DNA of 64,000 bases from NCBI GenBank assembly GCA_963773285.1, contig CAVZAM010000033.1, positions 77,022 to 141,021 of the forward strand, read 5' to 3'. Below are positions 55,257-64,000 of this stretch, piece by piece. The notes below the pieces were generated by a model. The model did no database searches, was not told where the DNA came from, and was given only the letters and a program-made list of their open reading frames with translations. Every line of letters starts with the position of its first letter. Position 1 is the first letter of the stretch. Position numbers and translations under genes: made by a program. The DNA comes from an uncultured delta proteobacterium (lineage in GTDB: Bacteria > Desulfobacterota > Desulfobaccia > Desulfobaccales > 0-14-0-80-60-11).

Positions 55257-56057
55257 ATGGAAGCCATATTGTCCAATCTCAGGTGGCAGGATGGGGTGGA
55301 TATCATCCTGGTCACCATAATTATTTACCAGATCTTCCTGATCCTGCGGGGCACCCAGGCCATTTGGGTCCTGGCTGGCCTCTTTCTGCTCTTCTTGTCG
55401 TACATCGGCGCCCGCTATCTCGAGTTTTTTACCCTGGAATGGCTCTTGGATAGCGTCATGAAAAGTTTTTTCCTCATCATCATAATTTTATTTCAGGCCG
55501 ATATCCGCCGCGTCTTGAGTCGCCTGGGCCGCCGGGCCCTGGCCCCCCACGGCGGCTCCGAACCCCAGACCATGGAGGAAATCTGTGAAGCTGCCGAGAC
55601 CCTGTCCAATTATCGCATTGGCGGCCTCATCGCCCTGGAGCGCCAGGTCGGCCTGACGGAATATCTCGAAGGCTCCGTTCGCCTCGACTCCTTGATCACC
55701 TGGGAACTCCTGGTGAGCATTTTCTGGCCCCACAATCCCATCCATGATGGCGCCGTCATCATCCAGGGTGATCGTATTGTCGCCTCGGGCTGCCTGCTTC
55801 CCCTTACCCGGTCCACCGGCCTTGACCCGACCCTGGGCACCCGCCACCGGGCTGCCGTCGGCCTTACCGAAAACACCGATGCCCTGGCCCTGGTGGTGAG
55901 TGAAACCAACGGTCAAATCTCCCTCGCCCAGGGAGGCAAGCTCAAACAAAATCTGAGCCGCCTGCAGCTCCGCCAGGAATTGACCGGTCTTATTGAAGAA
56001 ATCCAGAAGAAAGGATCGTGGTTTGAGCGCCTTGCTCGCTTTTTTGGGCCGCAATAG
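55257..56057 (+). CDS. cdaA: diadenylate cyclase CdaA (DisA_N domain, membrane-anchored)
   Basis: Three N-terminal TM helices, with the DAC motifs HDGAVII and GTRHRAA. Confidence 0.9.
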   Translation: MEAILSNLRWQDGVDIILVTIIIYQIFLILRGTQAIWVLAGLFLLFLSYIGARYLEFFTLEWLLDSVMKSFFLIIIILFQADIRRVLSRLGRRALAPHGGSEPQTMEEICEAAETLSNYRIGGLIALERQVGLTEYLEGSVRLDSLITWELLVSIFWPHNPIHDGAVIIQGDRIVASGCLLPLTRSTGLDPTLGTRHRAAVGLTENTDALALVVSETNGQISLAQGGKLKQNLSRLQLRQELTGLIEEIQKKGSWFERLARFFGPQ

Positions 56058-56934
56058 GTCTCTTAAGCTTCTCTCCCTTTTTCTGGCCGTGGCCCTGTGG
56101 CTGGCCGTAGGGGGTGAGGAACTCACCGAGACCAACCTCAATATTTCGTTGGAATTGCTCAACTTGCCTTCCCATTTGATGGTCACCAGCGAAGTACCTT
56201 CAAATATTCAGGTCCGGGTCTCAGGTCCCCGCGGTCTTATCCGCACCCTCGCCCAGGGCCACCTGACCCACACCATTGACCTCTCCGGCGTTAAGCCTGG
56301 CCGCCAGACCTTCTCTTTGGGCGCCGGCATATTTGAGTTTCCCCGGGGTGTCCAGGTCACCCGGGTACAGCCGAACCCTCTGGTCCTCACCTTCACCCCG
56401 GCCATCACCCGAACCTTCCCCATCGAGCCGGTACTGCAGGGGAGTCCACCCGATGGGTTGGAAGTGAGGGCCGTCAAGATGAGGCCCCCCAGTGTCAAGG
56501 TCAAAGGCCCGGCCTCCGAGCTTGAAGATATGAAATCCATTCCCACCGTCCCCTTGGAGGTTGCCACCCTTACCAGTTCCACTACCCTCAATACTGATTT
56601 AAATTGTACTGACCTCCACATCTCTGTGGTTGGGCACGTCCCCATCCTGGCGGACGTGGAAATCGGCCCCAAGCCCCTCGAGCGCACCTTTGAGGATGTC
56701 CCCGTGGTGCCGCAACCCCAGTCGGCCAGATTATCTCCCTCCAGGGTTACCCTGGACGTCATTGGTCCGTGGCCCCAAGTCAAAAACTTGCAAGCCAAAG
56801 AGCTGAAAGCCTACGTGGCCACCGGCGGCCTCTCCCCCGGCCGTCACCGCCTCAAGGTCCAAGTCCAGCTGCCGCAAGGCCTTTCTCTGCAAGATGTCTC
56901 ACCGTCGACTCTCACGGTACGCATCGAGAAATAA
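55993..56934 (+). CDS. cdaR: YbbR-domain protein CdaR (cyclase regulator)
   Basis: TM anchor LKLLSLFLAVALWLAV plus repeated YbbR-like beta domains. The true start is probably one of the internal TTG codons (for example 56023) rather than 55993. Confidence 0.75.
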   Translation: MKKSRRKDRGLSALLAFLGRNRSLKLLSLFLAVALWLAVGGEELTETNLNISLELLNLPSHLMVTSEVPSNIQVRVSGPRGLIRTLAQGHLTHTIDLSGVKPGRQTFSLGAGIFEFPRGVQVTRVQPNPLVLTFTPAITRTFPIEPVLQGSPPDGLEVRAVKMRPPSVKVKGPASELEDMKSIPTVPLEVATLTSSTTLNTDLNCTDLHISVVGHVPILADVEIGPKPLERTFEDVPVVPQPQSARLSPSRVTLDVIGPWPQVKNLQAKELKAYVATGGLSPGRHRLKVQVQLPQGLSLQDVSPSTLTVRIEK

Positions 56935-57023
56935 GCAGTTGATGGGATCTTCCTGACGGTTCCGTCGCCCATCTGCCCCCATCCTGCTTATCTATTTCCG
57001 TGTCGCGCCCGTGGTCAGTAATC

Positions 57024-57052
57024 TTGACGAATCCTCCCCGTGAGCATATGTT
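57024..57052 (+). promoter_or_regulatory. candidate sigma70 promoter
   Basis: TTGACG, a 17-nt spacer, then TATGTT, upstream of the ORF at 57098. Confidence 0.35.
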
Positions 57053-57097
57053 TATACCTTTCGCCCTATGGAGAAATTTTAAATTTGAGGAGTCGAC

Positions 57098-57418
57098 GTG
57101 ATTGACACTGGCAAATTCATCACGGTCTACTGGTTATCCGGTCTGTTTCAGGAAAAATACGAAATCTGGAAGGGAACCAAAGATCAAAACCAGCCCAACC
57201 CGCAGGCCATCGGTTATACGCTGAACCTCCTCTTCCCCCTGAAAGAAGAGGATGAAGCCCATCTCACCATCTTCTCCACCGAACAGGGGTGGCATTTCTC
57301 CATAGATTGGTTCCCCGGCGAGGAATTCCCTATGAAGCCTTTCCCCTCTGAGAATCAGCGGGAATTACTGTTCATGAGTGAATTCCAGCGGGAGAATGTC
57401 TTCCTCCACCTCACCTGA
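57098..57418 (+). CDS. hypothetical protein (106 aa)
   Basis: GTG-start ORF with GAGGAG upstream. No recognisable motifs. Confidence 0.45.
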   Translation: MIDTGKFITVYWLSGLFQEKYEIWKGTKDQNQPNPQAIGYTLNLLFPLKEEDEAHLTIFSTEQGWHFSIDWFPGEEFPMKPFPSENQRELLFMSEFQRENVFLHLT

Positions 57419-57444
57419 CCGGCAAAAAATTTAGCATCGGCCAT

Positions 57445-57501
57445 CTTGGGTCCCCGCGGCCCAAAAAAAAGGCAGACCCCTTGGGCCCGCCTTTGTTTTT
57501 T
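57445..57501. terminator. candidate bidirectional intrinsic terminator between convergent genes
   Basis: TTGGG..CCCAA and GGCAGACCCC-TT-GGGCCCGCC hairpins, flanked by A8 upstream and TTTGTTTTTT downstream. Confidence 0.5.
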
Positions 57502-57517
57502 CAATCGTCGGCTGCTG

Positions 57518-58024
57518 CTAGAGTAAGGGCTTGATTATCTTCTCGAAATCAGCCTTGGACCGGGACCCCACAATCTTCTGAACGACGTTCCCCTGCCGGT
57601 CGATAATTATCGTGGTAGGTACCACCTCCACATTGCCGTAATCCTTGGCCACCTGGTCATTTCCCACCAGCACCGGGTAATCCAGGTTCAACTGCTTCAC
57701 CAGGAACCTCAGTTGGGTAGGGTCGGAGGCCAGCCCGATCCCCAGGGTCACATAACCACGCCCCTGGTTCTCTTTGTAAATCTGGTTCAACGAAGGCATT
57801 TCTTCTCTGCAGGGGCCGCAGAAAAAGGTGAAAAAGTTGAGCATGACCACCTGACCCCTGAACTGACTGAGGCTGTATTGTTTCCCGTCGAGGACGCTCG
57901 GCAGGGTAAAGTCTGCAGCTCTCCCGCCGGCGGCCCAACTTGCCGCCGCCATGGTTAAAACCGCCAGTACAGCCACCAGGACCTTGAGGGTTGCCGCTAT
58001 GCCGCCGGCTCTCTTCCTTGCCAT
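57518..58024 (-). CDS. TlpA/ResA-family periplasmic thiol:disulfide oxidoreductase
   Basis: Signal/anchor sequence, with the thioredoxin motif FFTFFCGPCREEMP. Confidence 0.85.
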   Translation of the reverse strand: MARKRAGGIAATLKVLVAVLAVLTMAAASWAAGGRAADFTLPSVLDGKQYSLSQFRGQVVMLNFFTFFCGPCREEMPSLNQIYKENQGRGYVTLGIGLASDPTQLRFLVKQLNLDYPVLVGNDQVAKDYGNVEVVPTTIIIDRQGNVVQKIVGSRSKADFEKIIKPLL

Positions 58025-58206
58025 AAAACACTCTCCTCTAAAGAAAGCTCTATGTCACCAAGTTAAGCATCTTATACCAAAATGCCACTGTCGCCGCAAT
58101 GCAGCTGCATCATTTCCCGACGTTTATCATGCGGTTGCTCACTTATTTCCCCATAACCCGGTGGCGGCTGCCAGGAGAAAATCATCCGGCCCTTACTTGA
58201 CAAAGA

Positions 58207-58236
58207 GTCCGCAGTTTCCCTATGCTAATAATTCCC
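58207..58236 (+). promoter_or_regulatory. candidate sigma70 promoter
   Basis: TTGACA, an 18-nt spacer, then TATGCT, upstream of the flavoprotein gene. Confidence 0.35.
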
Positions 58237-58307
58237 CTGGTAGTAAACTACTTTCAAAAAAATCATGATCCTTATCCGGGCTTGGAGACTAGGGTGAAGG
58301 AGACGGC

Positions 58308-58913
58308 ATGAAATTCCTGGCCATCTGGGGAAGCCCCCGCCGGGGCGGCAACACGGATATCCTTTTAAACGCCTTTATGGACGGGGCCACCCAGGGGGGC
58401 GCCGAAGTTGAGAGGGTTGCCCTGCGCGAGCTCAAGATTTCCCCCTGCCAGGAAATCTACCACTGCTTCAAAGACGGCACCTGTCCCATCAAGGACGACA
58501 TGCTCCCCTTGTATGACAAGCTTTTGGCAGCCGACGTAGTGGTCATGGCCTCCCCCATTTTCTTCTACAGCGTCAGCGCCCAGGCCAAGGTTTTTATTGA
58601 CCGCACCCAGGCCCTCTGGGCCCGCCGCTACCGGGCCGGTCAGGATTTCCCCGGTCCGGAGCGCCAGGGGATTCTCCTGGCCACCGCCGCCACTCACGGT
58701 AAACTCCTTTTTGTGGGCGCCCGGCTGGTGGCCAGATATTTCTTCGATGCCATTAATGTCACCTACGCCGCCGAATTATGTGTCAGGGGGGTAGACGACA
58801 AGGGCGATATCCTGCAGCAGCCCGATGTCCTGAGCGCCGCCACGGACCTTGGCCGCCGCCTGGCCGGGGGAGAAAAATTCGGCCCGGTCAAATTTTCTCC
58901 CCTGGCAATTTAG
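58308..58913 (+). CDS. flavodoxin-like NAD(P)H-dependent FMN reductase / iron-sulfur flavoprotein family
   Basis: MKFLAIWGSPRRGGNT, a Cys cluster CQEIYHCFKDGTC, and VVVMASPIFFYSVSAQAK. Confidence 0.8.
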   Translation: MKFLAIWGSPRRGGNTDILLNAFMDGATQGGAEVERVALRELKISPCQEIYHCFKDGTCPIKDDMLPLYDKLLAADVVVMASPIFFYSVSAQAKVFIDRTQALWARRYRAGQDFPGPERQGILLATAATHGKLLFVGARLVARYFFDAINVTYAAELCVRGVDDKGDILQQPDVLSAATDLGRRLAGGEKFGPVKFSPLAI

Positions 58914-58989
58914 AATTTTATTGCCGGGATGGTGCCAGAGACCTGGGGTCCATCCCTCCTCCCCCACAACTTTTCCTGAAGGAGGTCCT

Positions 58990-59385
58990 ATGAGCTCTCC
59001 CTTTACGGTTGGCATGACTCACGAAAAGTCCTTGAAGACCGGCCCGGAGCATTCGGCGCGCCACTTTTTCCCCCATCTCCCCGATGTCTTTGGCACGCCC
59101 TATCTGGTGGGGCTGTTTGAGGGGGTGAGTGCCGAGCTCATGGAACCCCATTTAGCCCCGGGGGAGCAGTCCGTGGGCATTGCCATGAACTTAAAGCACC
59201 TCGCCGCAACCCCTCTGGGCATGGAGGTTCGGGCCAATACCGAGATCACTGCGGTGGACGGCCGCAAGCTCACCTTCCGGGTCGAGGCCTTCGATGCCAA
59301 GGAAAAAATCGGCGAGGCCGTTCACGAGCGGTTTATAATCAACGCCGAGAAATTCAATCAGAAAGTGGAGTCCAAAAAGAACTGA
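58990..59385 (+). CDS. hotdog-fold thioesterase family protein
   Basis: The ATG at 58990 follows GGAGGT. VFGTPYLVGLFE....E, GIAMNLKHLAATPLG and VDGRKLTF.VEAFD resemble FlK-like thioesterases. Confidence 0.7.
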   Translation: MSSPFTVGMTHEKSLKTGPEHSARHFFPHLPDVFGTPYLVGLFEGVSAELMEPHLAPGEQSVGIAMNLKHLAATPLGMEVRANTEITAVDGRKLTFRVEAFDAKEKIGEAVHERFIINAEKFNQKVESKKN

Positions 59386-59414
59386 GTCAGGTAGCTTTAA
59401 ACGATCTGGTCACC

Positions 59415-60161
59415 TTGCAGCACTTCGAGGCGGGATGGGGCTGGAACGCCCAGTTGCGTCAGTACGTCCGCAAAAAGTACCGTCAGGATCTGGAAGGGCT
59501 GCTGCACCTTGACCCTGGCCTCCTTGCCCGGCTGATGCGGGGGGAACTCCTGGAGGAAAAGCCCTACGCCTCGGTCCAATGGGTCATGCGCCAAAGGCCC
59601 TTCCGCCCCCTGGAGCTGTACTGGCTGTTTGATTACGATGCCGACCACGGCGCTGACCTGAGGATCTTTTACGCCAGGAAAAGTCTTGTGGTTCCCACCG
59701 AAGATGCCTATGTTTTTGCCTGGGATAATTTAGCCCTCCTGGCCCGCTACGCCCGTGGTTCCTTTCCCTTGGAACCGGCTGCCCCCGGTCCCGACTGGCT
59801 CCCTTTCTCTGATTTTGCCCCCGCTGCGGCCTCTCCCGTCCAGAAAGTGGCCCTGGGTCCCCGGGAGGAACTCCTCAAACTCGTGTCCCTGGACGTGGTG
59901 GAGGTGGCCCTGGCCCGCCTGGATATCGGTGCTTGCATCGCCATTCCCGGTGGCTGGGAGGCCTCCTGGCCCATCCTGGGGGACCTGTCCATGCGCCTGC
60001 GCCATACCGGCCGCGGCAGTGAACTGGCCTTTGACAGCCACGGCGCCCAAAAATACGCCCCGGAGTTACTCATGAGTTTCGCCTGGCTTTACATCAATGC
60101 CCTTTTGCGGGAATGCCGCCGGGTAGACCCTTCGCTGCCGCGGCTCTCCCAGTATTTCTAA
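59415..60161 (+). CDS. hypothetical protein (248 aa)
   Basis: Long ORF with coding-like composition. No confident family assignment. Confidence 0.5.
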   Translation: MQHFEAGWGWNAQLRQYVRKKYRQDLEGLLHLDPGLLARLMRGELLEEKPYASVQWVMRQRPFRPLELYWLFDYDADHGADLRIFYARKSLVVPTEDAYVFAWDNLALLARYARGSFPLEPAAPGPDWLPFSDFAPAAASPVQKVALGPREELLKLVSLDVVEVALARLDIGACIAIPGGWEASWPILGDLSMRLRHTGRGSELAFDSHGAQKYAPELLMSFAWLYINALLRECRRVDPSLPRLSQYF

Positions 60162-60167
60162 AGAAAA

Positions 60168-60371
60168 ATGCAGTGTCCTTCCTGTCGCCATGGTAAAATT
60201 ATCCTGAAGACCTCTTGAGCGGGGTTTGAGGTGTGCTGCCAGGGTTGCGGCCGTCAATATTCCCCCCAGGAGTTCAAGGATCTGGTAGAAAAACGTGCCG
60301 GTGCCGCCACGCCTTCCGGGCGCTCCCAAGCGGCGTCAGGACCGGCACCCGGCAAGACTCCGCCCAAGTAA
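60168..60371 (+). CDS. small zinc-ribbon ORF interrupted by an in-frame TGA (possible selenoprotein or nonsense)
   Basis: MQCPSCRHGKIILKTS-TGA(60216-60218)-AGFEVCCQGCGRQYSPQEFKDLVEK...K all lies in one frame. The CxxC and CCxxC knuckles sit on either side of the TGA. Confidence 0.4.
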
Positions 60372-60435
60372 CCCCGTCTGTATAAATCAGGCCGCCGGAA
60401 GATTAATTTGATGAGATGATTCCAGGAGGGCTGTA

Positions 60436-60708
60436 ATGGATTATACTGTTGAGGACCTGAATCGGAAAATTCTGGAGTATCACCCGGAAATCGCCAGGAA
60501 CGGCATCAGTCTTGCGGTCTCATTTAACCAGGAGGCGAATAAGTACGAGGTGCGGCTCAGCAAGGCCGGACAGGAATTCGGCGCTTTCCTGGAAAAGCAG
60601 GACGCCGATGACTGCATCTCCGGCCAGAAATGTGTCGCCCTTGCCGTCCTGGTGACCCAGGTGCTTGCCGAATTGGAGCAGCTGGTTTCACCTCGCCGTC
60701 CGGGTTGA
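60436..60708 (+). CDS. hypothetical protein (90 aa)
   Basis: ORF with AGGAGG upstream. No recognisable motifs. Confidence 0.5.
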   Translation: MDYTVEDLNRKILEYHPEIARNGISLAVSFNQEANKYEVRLSKAGQEFGAFLEKQDADDCISGQKCVALAVLVTQVLAELEQLVSPRRPG

Positions 60709-60761
60709 CTCAAAATAAATTAACCTTTACCGATAATAATTTGCCCTGAAGGAGTTGCCGT

Positions 60762-60974
60762 ATGGCCCGTGTCACCATTGAAGATTGCCTTCGCCAGGTG
60801 CCTAACCGCTTTGCCCTGATACATATGGCCGCCAAACGCGTCCGCCAGTTTCACAAAGGTGCGCCTGCCCTGGTGAAGTCCGACAATAAAGAAATCGTCG
60901 TCGCCCTCCGGGAAATCGCTGCCGGCAAGATCATCCCCACCGAACCGATGCCCGCTCTTCCCGAAAAAACCTGA
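60762..60974 (+). CDS. rpoZ: DNA-directed RNA polymerase subunit omega
   Basis: MARVTIEDCL..VPNRFALIHMAAKRVRQ, the canonical RpoZ N-terminus. Confidence 0.9.
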   Translation: MARVTIEDCLRQVPNRFALIHMAAKRVRQFHKGAPALVKSDNKEIVVALREIAAGKIIPTEPMPALPEKT

Positions 60975-61228
60975 CCCTGCCCCAGCCGGGACACCTGCCT
61001 CTACCGGCTCCTCGCCAGACCGCCAGTCGGCGTTGGTCCGCCTTATTCACTATGCTTCTAGGTGATTTTAATTCTTACCGGTGTGAGGCAGGGGTACTCT
61101 TGGGCGCAAGCCCCTCATTACTTTTAGAGAAGGTTGAAAGCCAGGCGGATTTAAAAATCTTGGCGCCATGGTGCCCAAAAACATTCTCCTCCTGGATTTC
61201 CGCTGGCCGGCATCATTTCGCCTCATCC

Positions 61229-62183
61229 CTAACCCGCCACCACTTTTTTACCTGCTCCGCTAAAGGCAATGAGGGTCTCCCCCCCTTCTAAAACCCCGGG
61301 GTCCCGGCCCCAGATTTCCATCTCCCCGTACAGGGAGGGCATTCCCGGCCATTGCCGCGGCAGCTCTTCCTCCAGCCAGCGGCTTAATGTTTGGGCCGGC
61401 TCCCTGGTGTTGGCACCCTCGTTGGCGGCTGTGAGACATATCCCTAAAAGCCGCTGAAATTCCTCCCCCCAGGTGCTGTTGCCCGCCTTCCGGACCGCCT
61501 GGAATTCCTCCTCATCCTGGCAAACCGGCACCTTAAAGCGTACCAGAGCAAACTTGCCCGTACCCCCTTCCCTCCGAAGAGAGGTGAAAATCCCCTGGGA
61601 GGCCCGCCCCAACAACAGCGGCGTCACTCTCTGCTCCCAGAAATGGCCCCATCTCTTTTTGCCATAGAAGATACCGCCGGCGGGCCGTCTCCGGATCGGC
61701 CACCTCTTTCTCCTCCGCTACGCCCGCATAACTCGGCGGCTCTTCCCAGGTCTCCGGGGCCAGGATCTCCCCCAGCCACTCTTCCCCCTGGTCGACGAGG
61801 GCGAGTTGGGCCTCCTGATCCGCTTCCATCAATTCCAGTCGCCAGGCCAATGATGCCGCCTCCTCACCCTGCCAGGGCCCCTCGGCCACCTCCGGCCTGG
61901 CCTTTTTCCCGCGCAGGGCCCGAATGATGTCATCCACCTCTTCGTGATGGTCGGAATACTCCTTGTATGCCTGCCACTGCTTGAGTTCACCTGGGTTATA
62001 GTCTCTCAAATCCTCGCCGCCTCCTACCCCCGGCGGCAGCGGTTTCCCCTCGTAAGGAATGTTCTTAGGCCACTGTCGCAGCACCCCAACCTTCAAGTCC
62101 GGAAAATATAAGGGCAAACTCCAAAATTCCGGGCGCCACGGCAAGATCAAGGGAAAGGCCACAAATCGCCACTGTGCCGGCAT
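61229..62183 (-). CDS. hypothetical Trp/Glu-rich protein (frame disrupted somewhere in 61630-61720)
   Basis: The 216-aa ORF (61533..62183) and the 132-aa ORF (61229..61627) overlap in different frames. Both have coding-like sequence, consistent with one gene. Confidence 0.45.
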
Positions 62184-62379
62184 GACTGCCTCCTTGGGGT
62201 GAAAAATTTAGGTCTGACTAGATTATAATAATTGGCAGGAACTGCTGCAGGGGTTGCGGATATTTTATAGATCTCGGCAGAGCTGTTGCCCACCTTATGT
62301 TGTCATCGCTCAGCCGCGGCACCAGATCTTCTCCGGACCATCTTCTGGAGAATCTGGGCACATTGCCATTGAAGCAGGA

Positions 62380-63795
62380 TCAGCCGGCCTTTTCCTGCTT
62401 TTTCTCCTGCGGCTGCTCTGTCCCCGGCTGGGCTACCTTATAAGCCCCGGTGGCTTTGTCCAATTTGACCACGGCCAGATTGTACTCGTAGAGGGCGTTG
62501 AGGTATTCACCCCGGGTGGCCCCATATCTCTCAAAGGCCTTGAAAATCTCCTCCATCTGTCCCAGGCCCATGTCAAAATTGCTGAAGGCCGCCACCAACC
62601 AGCGCCGGGCATTGACATAAGCCTTCCCGAACCCCACCGAGGCCCGGTATTGTTCCTGTACCTTGCCGTATGCCTGGGCCACCTCCACCGGTATGCCCAT
62701 GAGAGCGGTGCGCTCCTGGTTCTGCAGCTTTTCCAGCTCCGCCTTGGCCTGGCTGATCTTGGCCTTGGTGATGCCGAAATCAAAATGCCATCTCACCCCC
62801 ACCACCGGGCCGGTGCTGAACCAGTTGGTGAGATCCTGGTGAAAGGGGTCAGGATTGCTGTACCGCCCCGGGGACCCCGCCAGCAGCCCGATCAGCGCCA
62901 TGAAGAGATCCGGGTATTGATCTGCTTTGGCAGCTTTTACCAGGAGTTCCCGGGCCGCCTTCCCCTCTTTGAGCATGGTGAATTCGGGCCTCAGATCCAT
63001 GGCCTGCTGAATATAATAATCGAGCTTGTGGGGGGCCGCGGTGGGTTCCGGCAGCTCCGTCGGCACCCGGAACTCCTGTTCCGGCCCACGACCCGTAAGG
63101 GCCTGCAGGGCCTTGTAAGCTACCATTGACCCTTCTTCGGCCTGGGCGGCAAATTTCTCCAGGCTGCCTTCGTACACGGCCAGGCGATACGGGTCGGTGT
63201 CCTTGACGCTGGCGGATTTGAGGCTTAGCAGTTTATTCACCCGCTCCCCGGCATCGTTCAGGTAGTCCCGGGCCTCACGCACCGCGCCTTTCCCTTGCTG
63301 GGCCAAAATCAGCCCATAATAGGCCTGGGCCACCTCCCAGATGACATCCCCCTTTTTGCTGTCCACCTCTGCCTGCTTGACCCGGGTATATTTTTCCGCC
63401 GCCGCCTCCCGGTGGGCGATCTTCCCGAAGGTATAAAGCGGCTGCACTACGGCAAAATCCAACCGCCCAAAAACCGTCACCCCGTTGACCGAATTCTTGG
63501 TGTCAGGGTAAAAGATGCTGTTCCCGTGGATTTCCGGCTGCCTGGCCGTGGGTGCCGGGCCCCCCAGCATCGTCATATCCAGTTGGGGAAACCTGTACCC
63601 GTGCGCTTGGTCTTTCATGGCCTGGGCGATGGCCACCTCGCTCTGGCTGGTCTTCATTTCGGGACTGAATTTCAGGGCCATGGCAATGAGCTGGGGCAAA
63701 GTCATCTCCGGCGGGGTCTCGGCCGCTGCTGCCCAACCTGCGCCCCAAAACCCCAGACATATCACCATAGCCAAGGCACGCAACCCAAGACGCAT
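62380..63795 (-). CDS. TolC-family outer membrane efflux protein
   Basis: Signal peptide MRLGLRALAMVICLGFWGAGWAAA and a two-repeat OEP architecture (LTLPQLIAMAL...S....). 471 aa. Confidence 0.85.
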   Translation of the reverse strand: MRLGLRALAMVICLGFWGAGWAAAAETPPEMTLPQLIAMALKFSPEMKTSQSEVAIAQAMKDQAHGYRFPQLDMTMLGGPAPTARQPEIHGNSIFYPDTKNSVNGVTVFGRLDFAVVQPLYTFGKIAHREAAAEKYTRVKQAEVDSKKGDVIWEVAQAYYGLILAQQGKGAVREARDYLNDAGERVNKLLSLKSASVKDTDPYRLAVYEGSLEKFAAQAEEGSMVAYKALQALTGRGPEQEFRVPTELPEPTAAPHKLDYYIQQAMDLRPEFTMLKEGKAARELLVKAAKADQYPDLFMALIGLLAGSPGRYSNPDPFHQDLTNWFSTGPVVGVRWHFDFGITKAKISQAKAELEKLQNQERTALMGIPVEVAQAYGKVQEQYRASVGFGKAYVNARRWLVAAFSNFDMGLGQMEEIFKAFERYGATRGEYLNALYEYNLAVVKLDKATGAYKVAQPGTEQPQEKKQEKAG

Positions 63796-64000
63796 CGTCC
63801 TCTCCTTAATTTCCCGGTCTCACTGCAACGTCGGCTGACTTCACTGAAAAATTAAATAAATTATCTAACGAGGTAGCAAACTAAAAGTCTAATACAAAAA
63901 GGCAAAACCTGCAAATTGCCCTTTTCGGCACCTTTCGGTATCATGTCAGAAATCTAAGGGACCTCGGGGGCAAAGGTTGTGGCCCCCGTACCACAAATTA

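Overview
This is a 64-kb high-GC chromosomal segment from a Gram-negative anaerobe. HdrA/MvhD-type redox genes, selenocysteine recoding, kds/lpt LPS genes and rpoN suggest a Desulfobacterota-like organism; that assignment is inference only. From 0 to 13 kb there are housekeeping genes (PNP, ridA, era, tatA/tatB-like, murI, an ABC-2 exporter, ruvB), a sensor kinase, and a decayed zone holding an IS3 OrfA remnant and two histidine-kinase fragments. From 13.3 to 24.4 kb lies a conserved minus-strand block: pyrG-kdsA-kdsC-lptC-lptA-lptB-rpoN-hpf-ptsN-rapZ-EIIA(Man)-rimI. It is interrupted between pyrG and kdsA by a 1.2-kb AT-rich island carrying an Mrr-type restriction endonuclease. From 24.7 to 29.6 kb there is an MvhD-like gene with an in-frame TGA at a conserved Cys plus a downstream hairpin (selenocysteine), followed by a ~1486-codon HdrA-GltD-HdrA fusion. 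From 29.9 to 50.7 kb sits a ~21-kb phage-derived cluster, all on the minus strand. It contains only head, tail and lysis-like genes: Mu-like TerS/TerL/portal/gpI/gpT/gp36/gp37, a 260-aa tape measure, a 1375-aa distal tail protein, and a holin-like/TM/lipoprotein/papain-C1-peptidase set. I found no integrase, transposase, repressor or replication genes. This makes it a candidate domesticated prophage or GTA-like locus. From 50.9 to 64 kb: a response regulator-TPR protein, ftsH-folP-cdaA-cdaR, tlpA-like, a flavoprotein, a thioesterase, a small Zn-ribbon ORF with an in-frame TGA, rpoZ, and a TolC-like gene. A family of G/C-rich palindromic elements recurs at least 9 times, including inside the phage cluster. 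Caveat: at least 12 single-nucleotide frame disruptions occur, including in the essential genes lptA and kdsA, so indel errors in the assembly are likely. Pseudogene calls should be treated cautiously. I found no rRNA, tRNA or CRISPR array.
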